A DNA stretch of 63,871 nt, the filler included, from Kipferlia bialata (taxonomy: Eukaryota), in the NCBI GenBank assembly GCA_003568945.1. It is 6 parts of 6 records of this genome, joined end to end, with 100 filler letters (N's around TTAATTAATTAA, not from the genome) between each part and the next. Parts side by side here need not be neighbours in the genome. Positions count along the whole stretch, not along the records: positions 52,554 to 59,465 come from BDIP01001018.1; positions 59,566 to 63,871 come from BDIP01001023.1; 4 more parts are not named here. One strand, given 5' to 3'. Of the stretch, positions 52,606 through 63,871 are shown piece after piece (within the stretch, counting starts at the first letter, position 1; every line of letters starts with the position of its first letter). Position numbers and translations under genes: made by a program. A model generated the notes under the pieces. That model saw only the letters and a list, made by a program, of their open reading frames with translations, made no database searches and was not told the origin of the DNA.

Positions 52606-52870
52606 CCTCCTGAGAGTCACACCCTGGGTACGCTCTAGCAATGGCTCTGACTCCTCCAGCAGTGCCACAAAGGAGACAGGCTGGGGGTGAGGTGTATACA
52701 ACACATAGAATGAGTGACACCGAATCAAGGATCAGTGTGCGAGTCAGGCCACATATTTTTCAGCTTGAGCGACATACGTTAGTGTGTGCATAGTATCTCA
52801 ATGACCCTACCTCGTACATGGCCTCTGCCTCCCGTACAAAGGCATCAAGGAGACGGGAGGGGTCCGTCAT
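52606..52870 (-). CDS. 5' exons of an unknown gene, truncated
   Basis: MTDPSRLLDAFVREAEAMYE|PVSFVALLEESEPLLERTQGVTLR. Confidence 0.5.
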
Positions 52871-53117
52871 GACAGTACAGTAGTAGTGTCGCTGTCTCTC
52901 ACTCGTCCTGTCTCTCTTCCTCTCTGGGTGGACACGGGTTACTAACTCTAGCTATGGTAGTAGTCAGACAGTAGGACACGCCAGTCGAGCAACACCCCTG
53001 GGTTCGTAAGACAATAAGAAGGTGTTCTTCTCACTGAGTCTCAGACTAGACCCTTTGAATCTCAATGCCAAAAAGAGTACCAGGCTGAGTTGCATTACTC
53101 CCTCTCTGTCTCCTGTG

Positions 53118-53661
53118 ATGGCTACCTACACCAAGCTGTCCAGCCATGCTGTGTTGGGACCATTGATGAAGCGCCTAGACCACCAGTTTCCAGATATAGC
53201 GGATTTCACGCACCCGTCCCTCCGTCTGTGCCGCGAGGGTCCCTCCCAGCTGTGCATGCGATTTGCCTCTCCCCTCCCTGCAAATACTGTGCTGATGGTT
53301 GCCAAACCAGTGGCATCTGTGTGGAACCCAATCCTGGCCCCCTGGCTCCCTGTCGGTGAACTGGGTGCTCTGAGTGTTGCCTTCTCTCCTGGTCTTTGCC
53401 TGGGCAACCTACATATGGTATATATGCATTGTATACATTGTTTATATGACCAGTGGGACTTGTATACGTCATTCAGGGCTATTGATTATGTACAATACCA
53501 CTGTGTATTCTGACCCCAGGTACTTGGTGACATCAAGGACCAGGGAGAGAGAATGACTCTGCTGAGGCAGATGTTGGCTCTCTACCACCCTGAGAGGGAG
53601 CTGGATCAGATAGAGCTGCCTGGGAAGGATGAATGCATCACTGGACCACCCAAGTACACAG
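53118..53661 (+). CDS. 5' exons of a gene with a possible SET-domain (SMYD-like) N-terminal segment
   Basis: MATYTKL...LCMRFASPLPANTVLMVAKPVAS weakly resembles the SET pattern xATRDIPAGTVLLxExP. The second exon is at 53520-53661. Confidence 0.35.
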
Positions 53662-53725
53662 GTATGCCCTCTCCCCGATGAACCCCCTTTCCCCCCCCCC
53701 CCCCCCCCCCCCCCCTTGACCTCAG

Positions 53726-54954
53726 GCCCCCTACACCTCCTTCATGGACTACTCCGATGAGGGCATGGAGAGGGCCATCGCTCTGGACCGTGTGCTCTCC
53801 AACTTCAGGTACCTACCCAGTATATTTTTGGGGTGTCTCTGTCATATATATAGTGTTGCTGTCCAACCTCAGGGCCTCTGTGCAGTCTGTGCTCCGTACC
53901 CCTGCCTCTGAGGGTGATGCTACCCCAGCTGGCGAGGAGGCCTCTGCCCTTGCCGGTGCCATTGACGCCTATGAGGCCAAGGTGGACGCCCTGTTCAGAG
54001 ACGACTTCGACTATCCCTCTGTGCTACTTGTGCTCATGGACCTGGCCAAGACCGGCAACGCATACCTCACCGCCACTGCCCCTGGCCAGGCCGACAAGGC
54101 CATGCTCACCCAGGCTGTAGGTACGCACTCGTATCTACAGTAGTACAGAGACATGCCTCTCATCCCTCACCTCCTAACCCTCAGCCCACTTCGACCGCAC
54201 CATGGACGTGCTTGGTCTGTCTGCTGCCCAGGAGGCCGACAAGTACACCCTCGAGCCCGCCAAGATCAGCAGTGCCGCCACCGCCTTCCACGCTGACATC
54301 GCCGCCGCCCTCGAGGCCTCTCCCATCGAGGGGTACACCCTCCCCGCCCTCGAGATGACCGAGGACACCCCCGTCCACGACATGGTTGACGCTGTCGTGT
54401 CTGTGAGACAGGCTGTGAGAGAGGCAGCCCTTGCCGCTACCCCCAAGGCCAAGGCCGTGCTCGCCGTCTGTGATGCAGTCAGGAACCACGTCCTGCCCGA
54501 GCTGGGCATCAGGATCGAGGACTCCGGCAAGGAGGCTGGGACCTGGAAGGAGGCTAACCCCCACGTGTGGGCCAGAGAGCAGAGGAGGCAGCGGGAGTTT
54601 GAGGCCGCCAAGAAGGCCGCCAAGGCCGAGGCCGCCCTTAGGAAGGCAGAGAGAGAGGCCGCCAAGTGCGTGCCCCCCCAGCAGATGTTCAGGGCTGACC
54701 CCAAGTGGACCCAGTTCAACGAGGACGGCATCCCCACACACCAGGTGCATATCTCTCATTGCTTACTCAGTTATATGTATGAATTGTATTCAGTTACCCA
54801 CATACTCTACTCACCTTAGGTCAAGAAGGTCGAGGGAGAGCCCGACACCGAGGAGGTTGTGCCCAAGTCTGCCGCCAAGAAGCTTCTGAAGCAGTGGAAG
54901 CTGAGGGAGAAGCAGCTCGCCAAGCTCCAGGCCAAGCTCAACGCTAACAAGTAG
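53726..54954 (+). CDS. CARS: Cysteinyl-tRNA synthetase, C-terminal half (anticodon-binding/DALR region)
   Basis: APYTSFMDYSDEGMERA..SNF|..DALFRDDFDYPSVLLVLMDLAKTGNAYL..LAVCDAVRNHVLPELGIRIED..WK..PPQQMFR..WTQFNEDGIPTH|..KSAAKKLLKQW. HIGH and KMSKS exons are absent here. Confidence 0.92.
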
Positions 54955-55349
54955 AGGGATTATTCCAGATAGATTTCGTGTATTGTTCAGACACTGCTGT
55001 TGTGTTGACGTACTAGCAATGCTAGTCTAGCATATCTCAGAGTCAAGAGTCAGTCTGAACACTTCTGGAAATAATCCACTCAATACAAAGCCATACCCCC
55101 TCACATACATAAGTAGAAATCTATTGGTACAAAGCATCAGAGCCCTCCTTGGTATTCGAGGTCTCACCCCGTGGGTGTTCGTATGATAACAGCCTATGAT
55201 ATACATAGGGAAACTGCCGGCAACATCACAACAGCAGCGTATAGAACCACTACCCTGCGAAGAAGTAACGAAAGCAGGAACATGCACGGGACAGGACATC
55301 GAGACACACGAGACCAACGAAGGCCCTGATATAGAGGAACTGGCCCCTC

Positions 55350-57908
55350 TCAGATCTGGTAGTTGATGTTGACCAGGTACTGGGTGACGGCGTCCATGAT
55401 GTGCTGCGCCTCCCAGTACATATCGTGGGACAGACCACACCTCAGCACCCCGAGGTTCCTCTGGAAGCTAGTCGACGCCTCGAGCAGCTCAGGGGAGGTG
55501 GGGCCCCTCAGCATCATAACCACGGGGGTGATCTTGGCACCGACGGAGACGGCGCCGGCGAGGTAGAATGCATAGTTCTGCATAGTGAACTCATCTAGGT
55601 ACACAGCATCCCCCTCGGGAGGTGGGAGGCGGATGCGGCAGCTTGTGAGGCCGTCCTTCCGGAACTCAATGGCCGGCTCCGTCATGGGCTCCTGGGGCTG
55701 GGCGCCGAGGGTGAGGTTGGGGGAGGGGGGCTGGGCGTTGAGGAAGCAGTGCACCACCTTCATCCCGGCCTCGTTGCACATGGTACGAACCATGGGTAGG
55801 ATGTGGGGGTAGTTCTCGAAGATGCGGTCCTCCTCGTGCTGGATCAGCAACATCCAGGGCTCGGAGTGTTCCACGAGGGACATGAGCGCAGAGAGGACGG
55901 GGCTCTCCTCCTCCTCGCAGGCCTCGGACTCAGAGGACTCTGTCTCGGACGTCTCCTCCTGGCTATCCTCATGGCTGTCCTCTGACTCATCACACCCCTC
56001 GGAGTCGGAGTCCCCACTGACCTCGGTCAGGTTGGAGAGAGCTCTCTCTCTGCCCTTGGAGGTAGCGTCCTCGGTCTCTCCCTCGGGACTGAGACTGGCG
56101 GGACGCTTGGGGGATCTCGCTGAGACCTTGGGGGAGCGCTGACGGGAAGCCTTCCTGGCAGCCCTGATGTTCTTCTGCCAGTCCCCCCCGGTGTATCTCC
56201 TGGCCGACTCTTTGACAAGCTCTGTGAAGAGACGCAGCGAGGCGGCCTCCTCGGCATCCCTGTTGGTGCTGAAGATGGAGCTGACCCTCTCGAAGACTGA
56301 GTGTGAGCCTGGTTTCGTGATGATGAGCAATACACTTGAATACAATATGTCTAGAAGATGATGATACATACGTGTACTCACCCTGCTGCCAGAGACACAC
56401 CCTGATGACGCAGAAGAAGCCGTTGTCCCTCTGGCCGTGCCTGACCTTGACGACAGACATGGACCGCATGTCGATGGCAGTCTCGTCCCTGGCACAGATC
56501 TTGGCGACCAGGGCATTGACCCTCTCCCGGTGGTTCACCAGAGGAGGGGGGGGACGCACACCCAGCGGAGGACTGACCTTGCGGGTCCTAGCGGCCTCGA
56601 GGTCCCTCAGGGTCTGGAGTCCTCGGATGGCAGCACTGTGGCTAGCAGCCTAGGGTGAGAGACAATGAAATACCAGCCGATGAGGCACTAGTGCATGTAG
56701 ACCAACTATGCAGACCAACGCCCCCCACCTTCTTGGTGGGCTTGAGGTCCCCGGTGGCGGATAGGTCCTTGGGCTGGCCGCCATGTGGCTTGGGGTTTTG
56801 GAAGGAGACCACTGCCTATGGATCAGAGGACAGGAATGAAGGAGAGAGATATGTACAGAGAGAGACACTGCCCAACCCACCAGGAAGAGGTTGCCGCGTG
56901 TCTGGAAGTCATAGACGGGAGGGGGGAGGCCTGCCTGCTGTATTATCTCCTGGGGTGGGCAAACAACACATACATCCACATATTAAATAGAAATGAGGCT
57001 GAGGATTCCTATATCACTGAACGAATAAAAGATACGTGGGGATATCAACTGACCTGCAGCTGGTTCTTGGGGTGGACTGAGGGCTTCATGCGTGATGCAG
57101 GATGCCCGTCCCCCATCCCCTGACCTGAGGACGTCGATGAAGGCGTTGGTGAGGGCGATGTCGTCATTGGTATCATAGGTGGACCATGGGGGGACATGCG
57201 GAAGTGCGGCGGGTACTCGGGTGGGGGTGCCTGCATAGGGACCGGCATGCCGCCGTGGAACTGACCATACATAGGCCCATACTCGCCTCCCTGGGGAGGT
57301 GGGTGCATGGGTGCATACTGAGGCCTGCCCTGCGGTGGGCCCATACCCATACCCATACCCATGCCGGGCATGGGATAGCCCATCCTGGGCGGCACATTCC
57401 CATACATGCCAACGGGGACGCCCGGTCTCGGGTAGGGCATATGGAAACCAGGCTGAGTTAGAAGATATTCTATGAACATGATGTAGATACACTCTATCCA
57501 TACCTGTGGGTAGGCCCCCGGTCCACAATCCCCGAACTGTCTCCGGGGAGGTGGAACCTCTCTTGCAAACTGACGGGGGTCGTAGGAGGGTCCAGGTGAT
57601 CCACTTGACGATACACTGCGGCGTTGGCCGGTCAGCTGTTGGTTCATCTGGTGGGCTGCACTCTTCTCGGCCTCTCTCTTTGTTGGCATGCGGAGTCCCC
57701 GCGCTGACACAACGCGGGTAGCGGAAGAACCCTGCCGGGATTGGCAGACATTGTCATGACCACCAGAGACTTCAACGGGAAGGGACACTGAGACTGTGGA
57801 TACGAAATATCCAGAATCTACGTTGTGGGTGGCGTACTTGGGTAAAGGAAGGTGCCGTGATTGCACGTACTCCTGAAGCGTGTTCTTAGCAAGAGCGGAA
57901 GGATCCAT
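55350..57908 (-). CDS. Protein with three dsRNA-binding domains, a Pro/Met/Gly-rich linker, an acidic linker and an unassigned C-terminal alpha/beta domain
   Basis: dsRBD1 AKNTLQEYVQSRHLPLPKY..FVSTV..TKREAEKSAA. dsRBD2 HPKNQLQ|EIIQQAGLPPPVY..F..PTKK|AASHSAAIRGL. Divergent dsRBD3 NHRERVNAL..FFCVIRV..STNRDAEEAASLRL. Confidence 0.85.
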
Positions 57909-58350
57909 AGGAACTGGTCCTGAGACAATGGAACTCTCAGAAGAGGAAGACGTTGTCGGTGCACTGGTATTAAGCTAACAGTTTAAAAGCTAAATAAGTT
58001 AGGAGTGTGCAATTTGGTCAAAAATCACATTTTGTCCAATTGAATCTGTGGACGAATAGGCCCATGGAGGAATGATATAAGTACTTCTCCTTACCATAGG
58101 ACTCAGCATGCCCCGAAAGGTCAGCGAAACCATTATCTTACCGGCATAATGAAGTGTATATCCTACAATGGTCTTGCCGTTATACTATAACTTATAGTTT
58201 AATCTTCAACTTGAACCCTTATATATATGCCAAAAATAGTGGCTCTCTCAATACTGACAACGAAGTGTCACGACTGTCCTGTTTTCGAACATTAGGAGCT
58301 TCTTTCGTTTGTTGACTGCCCCACAGTGTGGGTTTTGTTGACTACTCGAA

Positions 58351-59417
58351 ATGGGCCTCCCATTCTGGCTTTTGGCCATTGTGTTTTTCACTGTGGCTGT
58401 CTGTTGCTCAGAAGATGGTCAAGTAGATGTCGCAGCAAGCCCTGCTTCATCTAAGTCTTGGTATTCCAACCAAGACCTTGACATATCCCTTTATGGGGTG
58501 AACAAGGTGGGTTTGGTCTATTGACATTTGACATTGACCATCAGATATTCATTCTGGATTGGTCTCATATCCCCACAGACTCACCCAGGTGTATCCCGGC
58601 GTTGTGCCGTTCCGGGTGGATTTGAACTCTTCCTTCTACGAGCTTATCTCTGGGGAAGCAAGTTCCCTTCAGGTATAGTTAGATCTGTCTACTGTAATTA
58701 CTGTGTGGTTTACAATGTATACTTATCATACGTACATACCTTACCTAGGTTGGAGTCCAATGTGGCACATCTGCCCCAGTGTACAGGAGAACCTTCAGCT
58801 GCCGGAGTCTCAGATACTTCTGGTGGGCTCGGTCTTGGTGGTCAACAATGACACTGGGGACTCAGCACATTGGTGAAGACACTGAGAACACCTGCCGTCT
58901 GGTGGCCAGGATGAACTACTCCCACTACAGGTGTGGTATATAATTATATGGATACACACACATGTACTCTAGTGCATTCATTTTACTACCACTCACTTAG
59001 GCACCACGGGCACTGTTATGGTCGTGGATACAACCACTATCTCTGCAGTCTGTGGGGAGGTTGGCTCTGCCAGGGGTGCGGGTGTGGAGCAGGATACTGG
59101 TGGCCTGTGAAGGGGTCTAATGTGTACTACTCCGACCTGGCTTACCAGATCTCCTCTGGATTCATCCAGCTTGAAGAGCCTGGCCAGGACTTCTACTCAT
59201 CCCCCATCCAGGCCAGCATTGCATCCCCATCCTACCTGGTCTATTCACCTACCGTGGTTCTGGCACCCTACCGTCGGTGCAGGCGGTCGTACTATGGGTA
59301 CTGGTACTACGACCAGGATGGATATTCGATGACCTACAACTCTTCCTCTGGCATGTATTCCGGGACTCTACCTAGTAGTGTGACGGATGGAGTGGCTACT
59401 GTTAAGGCGTATCACAG
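58351..59417 (+). CDS. Secreted or surface protein rich in Trp/Tyr/Cys/Gly, 3'-truncated
   Basis: Signal peptide-like MGLPFWLLAIVFFTVAVCCS, followed by four phase-compatible exons (..YFWWARSWWS..HCYGRGYNHYLCSLWGGWLCQGCGCGAGYWWP..). Confidence 0.7.
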
Positions 59418-59421
59418 GTTG

Positions 59422-59458
<37 letters not shown>

Positions 59459-59465
59459 TTCTCTT

Positions 59466-59565
59466 NNNNNNNNNNNNNNNNNNNNNNNNNNNNNNNNNNN
59501 NNNNNNNNNTTAATTAATTAANNNNNNNNNNNNNNNNNNNNNNNNNNNNNNNNNNNNNNNNNNNN
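59466..59565. other. Artificial contig linker
   Basis: N-run, TTAATTAATTAA, N-run. Confidence 0.99.
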
Positions 59566-59620
59566 AGTTTTTGCGGGGGGGGTTGCCCCCCCCCCCCCCC
59601 CTCTCTCTCTCTGACCCCAG

Positions 59621-61584
59621 GTGGGGCCCTTCAATGCAGCTGTCAAGGGCATGTGCCTGGTACCCTTTGACCCAGACCTGGTGTGTGTGGGCAGCGGGAG
59701 TCACGACACCCACCTCAGACTGATCAGCACCAGGTCAGGGGCAGAGGTGGCGAGGCTCAGGTAACACCACAACTGTGACATTCACATTGGATATATCATG
59801 TGGGTATTCTATACTGGATGCTGGAAGGGCTCTGTCATAGTATGTGACATAGGTATCAGTGACATCATGTGTGTGTATCCTTCACATATCTCGTAGTGAT
59901 GTAGCGACCCCCCTGCCGCTCATGATGCAGGACAGGCAGTCAGATCTGTGGGCTGCACCTGGTGCCCCTCCCCCTCTCCCCCCACGCCTCTGTGCCCCAG
60001 GCCCTGGTGGCAGGTATGGGGGGACTGGAGGGGGTAAGACAGAGGAGACAGAGTGGGTCGGTGGGGTCAGGCATTCCTAGCCGGCACCGCCCCCATCCCC
60101 CCGACGACCTGTGCCTCTTGGCCCTGTGTCATGGGTTCAGTACCAATGCCATATCCTACGTCGCAGTGTCCCGAGCCCCCTCTGGGTTGGTGTCCCTGCA
60201 CCCCCTCCTCTCCCTGTGCCATCTGCATGGAGGCAGGGTCCTCCACTCAGACGTGTCCCCCAGGGGCACCCTGTACTCCCTCTCTCTTGGTCCTGCCCCC
60301 CGACTAGTGGCACTCAGGGCATGCAGTAGACGCTCACCCACAACGCCCTATAGCGTACTTCCCACACCTGGTGGTGCCCCTTCCCATGCCCTGAGCCACT
60401 ACCACTCAGATGCCTCACTTCATGTGTCTAGGGCCCACAGGCATAGACACAGTGCTGAGGTGCACCTAGGGGGCAGGGACAGGCATCATGGGTCGGCGTC
60501 GTCCCTCCCCTCCCTCGGTGCAATGCGGGTACCTACCCATGCCCATGCAAATGTACACGAATATATGCATCGTGTAGTGTCAGATGATGGCCTGGCGTCC
60601 CGTCCCAGCTCTGGCCTTGGGGTGTTGACCCGGCCTTACCGCGATCATGATGCACTTTCCCCTGTATCTACCATATCCCCTGTCCCGATGGCTGATAGTG
60701 AGGACAGGGACGGTAGGGACGATAGGGATGGTAGGGAGGATAGGGTGCTGGATGTGATAGACATCCGTGGGGGGGACGTGGATATGGTGGAGATTACTGG
60801 CGACAGTCCCACTGACTCACTATATACAGGGTCCCATTCAGTGTCGGGCAGAGAGAGAGCTTCGTTTCCTTCTACTGACACTGGCATGGGGTTGGCACCC
60901 CAGGACTCTTCGTCGTTGTCAGCCCCCCAGGCCCCCCTCTGTAAGAGAACCCCGCCCAGCCCTGTCTCACTAGGAGCCTCTATGACTCAGGGGGCCTATG
61001 CTCCTGTCCCAGTAGAGACCCTAGGAAGAGCAGACTGTATGGAGAGAGAGAGAGAGGTAGCCAATGGGAGACGTGAGTTGTGGCGTCCACCTCATAGGCC
61101 CTCGATGACCATTGACGTCTACTCTCGCGTGGCATCCCCCTTGTCGGGAGTGTGTTCACCTACCCCTACCGACGTCAACTCGATCATCCAGGTGAGGCAT
61201 CGAAGTGTATACACCGGTCACTGTCCTATCCATGTGAATCACTCTTCTATGTCTGTCCCTCCACACCTAACACAGGATTTGTTCTCCCGTCCTGTCACGC
61301 CTGACACCCTGGCCTCTCTGACCCAGCCTGCCCCCCCTCGGCCTGGGCTGGTGGACATGGCCGTGACAGAGCATATAGGGGTGGCAGGGCGTATACCCAG
61401 GGTCAGTGCCCCTAGGGCATGCCAGGGTATGGGGGCGGGGGAGGAGGGGGCCATCGACCTGGGGCCCCTCTCTCGCTTCTCCCCCCCATACTCCCCTGCC
61501 TACAGCCCCTGCTCTGGTGCCCATCTACAGAACGAGAGGGCCTTTCTGAGCGAGGGTTCGTCAGAGTCCCACTCCTACAGCTGA
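59621..61584 (+). CDS. Cdc20/Fizzy/Cdh1-family WD40 protein, divergent, 5'-truncated, with a long disordered C-terminal tail
   Basis: AAVKGMCLVPFDPDLVCVGSGSHDTHLRLISTRSG..|TGSQICGL..LALCHGFSTNAI..HGGRVLHSDVSPRG follows the Fizzy-family pattern AAVKA.AW.P..LLA.GGG..D..I.FWN..G..DTGSQVC.L..S.HG.S.N.I..H..RVL.L..SPDG. Confidence 0.82.
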
Positions 61585-63158
61585 TGTATGCAGTGGGTGT
61601 AGGGGATGAAGGGGATGAAGGGGTCATGGGTTGAAGAGGTGGTTACCAACAGCAGTAACTGTGTGTCATTGTGTATGTATTGTATGTGTGTAGTCTTTCT
61701 AGTCGTCATCGAGGCGTCTCCTCGTTGTGAAAATAGAATAGGTGTTTCGTGTTGTTAGTTAGCTGAGAAAGAGTTTGTATCTAGTGACGTATCCTGGCTG
61801 GAACAATGCAGTTGCAGACAGCTACTTGCAGTGGATAGTACCGTGATATAGCACCACTGACGGGTCGAAAGACACTATGAACAGGACTATGACCACCGAG
61901 TTATGAACACAGACAGAACTGAACACAAGAACCTTGGACAGACCTCTCTCTGCGAACTCGAGCCTTTTGGTATTCTCAACATCTTGTCACTAGTCAGTCT
62001 AGCTGACACCTCCGTATTCTTGAAGACTTCAAGTTGAAGTCCATATGAAATCAACTGACTCTCTCGAATCCACGCGTTAATAGCACTTGCGTCTCCTTAG
62101 CGTTCGTACTTAGATCATGTGAGTTAGATGACACTAGCTTGCCAGGGGTATAAGAGGACGTAGACCAGTGGTCAGTTGCGGATTGGAGAAACAGCTCTAT
62201 ACTACAGTAAGTACGATTGTGATCATATACATAGCATATAGTATACTTGAGTCGAGGAACAAGAAGTTGTGTTAGATAGCTATAGCCAATGACTCTTTGT
62301 AATCGTCGATAGTACTCCACTATGGGCTCTAATTTGCTACGTTTTGCTCTGGCTGGTTGATTCACCCACCAACACAGACTCCAAGTTTACAACTCGTCGA
62401 GTAACTCGACTTCAAACACGGCTGTAAGTGACACAATCGATATCAATGACTAAGTCAGTCACTAAGTAACTCGACTACCTCATTGGAGACTACATGTCGT
62501 GGTTACATGTCATATACTCTATGGAACAGAGTCTTTGCTAGAGACTGTAGCGCATTGACTCAGCGATACTGACTTAAGAAACGGATTGAGCACTCTATGT
62601 TCCATGTCTCAGGATTACATTCTCTTAGAATGAAACAGACTAATGTTTCATTTACCGTCAATAGAACACATACCATTCGTATACATCAAGAACACGACTC
62701 ATTTGACTCATCTACACGACTGGTAAATACTCCGATTCACACCTTCATATGTAGTCAACCATGTAGTGGGTCTGTCCTTATATCAACTAGTACTCTGTGC
62801 ACGGTATGAGTATAACTCACACTGTGTAAGCCACCAGCCAAACATTCTGATACTGGCCCAAAGCTCTGACCCAAACAATCACTAGCGTGTCAGAGTCTGA
62901 CTCAGACACTCTGAGTCGGTGAGGGAGATGGAGCAGGTGAAAGAACCCTCTTGACTTCTATTGAACACCAGCCAAAATCTCTACTACAACATACTCATAC
63001 ACAATAGATACACACTCGTACATAAACTACTACAATTCACAAGCCAACCATCGATAGATCCCAAGTATCCATCCAAGACACATGACAACAGAGGGAGCCC
63101 CCTAATGTTTCTGACCCCTTCACATGTATACACCTACACACACACATCGACTGTGGGA

Positions 63159-63826
63159 TCAGGCCATCCGCTCCAGCCTCTCCAGCCTATAGTGGGTGAG
63201 GTGCTCCTGTATCTGGAACACTATGGTCACCCTGCTCGACGCCTTGAGGCCAAAGGTCTTGCAGAAGTTGCGAGCCAGGACCTGGGGGTCGTCGTTCTCT
63301 CTGACTGCAATGAGCCCTGCCCTGCCAGGTGCTATCTCGACCCTGAGCTTGAACAGGACAGGCCGCACAGAGGGGGCGTGGAAGCGGAACTCCTCGGCCT
63401 GACATGAGACATGAGATACCAGGACAAAGAGGGAATGGGAATCAGAATGGGTACTCGAATAGCTATACATGGACCCAAGTATCATCTCCGTCAACTACCA
63501 CACACAACTGATACAGCACCGTACCTTTGTGGACTGGCCGATCTCAGCTCTGGTCCTGGCCTCACTGGGCATGGCCAGCCCCTGCCCCATGCCCCGGAGC
63601 ACTCTCTCTCTCTCGTCCTGGCGCCGCTGTGCCTCAGAGGCCAGATACTCCTGCAACCTGTCCTGCACCAGCAGAGCCAGGCGTCTGATGTAGGACCGGT
63701 CTAGGTCGAAGGCACGGCAGAAAGTCTCGGCCAGCTCGAAGGCACTGTCCGTTCTCCTCACAGCTATCTGGCCCACCTTGCCATCCCCGACAGACACATC
63801 CACGTAGATGACAGCGTCATCCATAC
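63159..63826 (-). CDS. 3' end of a gene with two tandem copies of a small beta-hairpin/helix domain
   Basis: VIYVDVSVGDGKVGQIAVRRTDSAFELAETFCRAFDL and VLFKLRVEIAPGRAGLIAVRENDDPQVLARNFCKTFGL are alignable repeats. Stop at 63159-63161. Confidence 0.7.
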
Positions 63827-63871
63827 CTGGGGGTAAGTAGGGGGGGGGAGGGGGGGGGGGAGAAGGGGGGG

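Noticed and set aside
54174..54759. Two long minus-strand ORFs
   Set aside because: Antisense shadows of the GC3-biased CysRS exon.
53118..54954. Novel SET-CysRS fusion protein
   Set aside because: Exon phases are incompatible and a poly-C tract lies at the junction.
57950..58340. Structured ncRNA between divergent genes
   Set aside because: No recognisable tRNA, snRNA, SRP or ribozyme consensus by eye. An Infernal/Rfam search would be needed.
13043..59565. TTAATTAATTAA motif recurring five times as a biological element
   Set aside because: It always sits inside identical 100-nt N linkers, so it is a concatenation spacer.

Overview
Eukaryotic, intron-dense genomic DNA made of six unrelated draft contigs (1-13042, 13143-26183, 26284-39322, 39423-52453, 52554-59465, 59566-63871), joined by artificial 100-nt N..TTAATTAATTAA..N linkers. 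Gene order across linkers carries no information. The short GT-AG introns have a branch point fused to the 3' splice site (CTRAC/CTCAC-N2-6-AG). With the poly-C/G tracts, GA/TA microsatellites and a succinyl-CoA synthetase bearing a short hydrogenosome-type leader, this suggests a free-living fornicate metamonad such as Kipferlia bialata (inference). Genes spliced by hand: DHHC palmitoyltransferase, G3BP-like NTF2-RRM protein, succinyl-CoA ligase beta, GPAT3/9-type acyltransferase, MFS transporter, RNase HI, the 3' half of CysRS, a triple-dsRBD protein, a Cdc20/Cdh1-family WD40 protein, Kelch-like proteins and a large coiled-coil protein. Three observations stand out. (1) A stand-alone, intron-containing intein-like gene (Hint-N plus LAGLIDADG) with apparently dead catalytic sites, a candidate domesticated intein. 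(2) A NACHT/STAND NTPase fused to a DH-PH RhoGEF. (3) Pervasive 'splice-site echo' arrays, in which 19-45 nt exon edges plus their splice site are re-copied 2-6 times into the neighbouring intron with unique AT-rich spacers, one array carrying template-switch scars. All protein assignments come from motif recognition by eye, without database searches.
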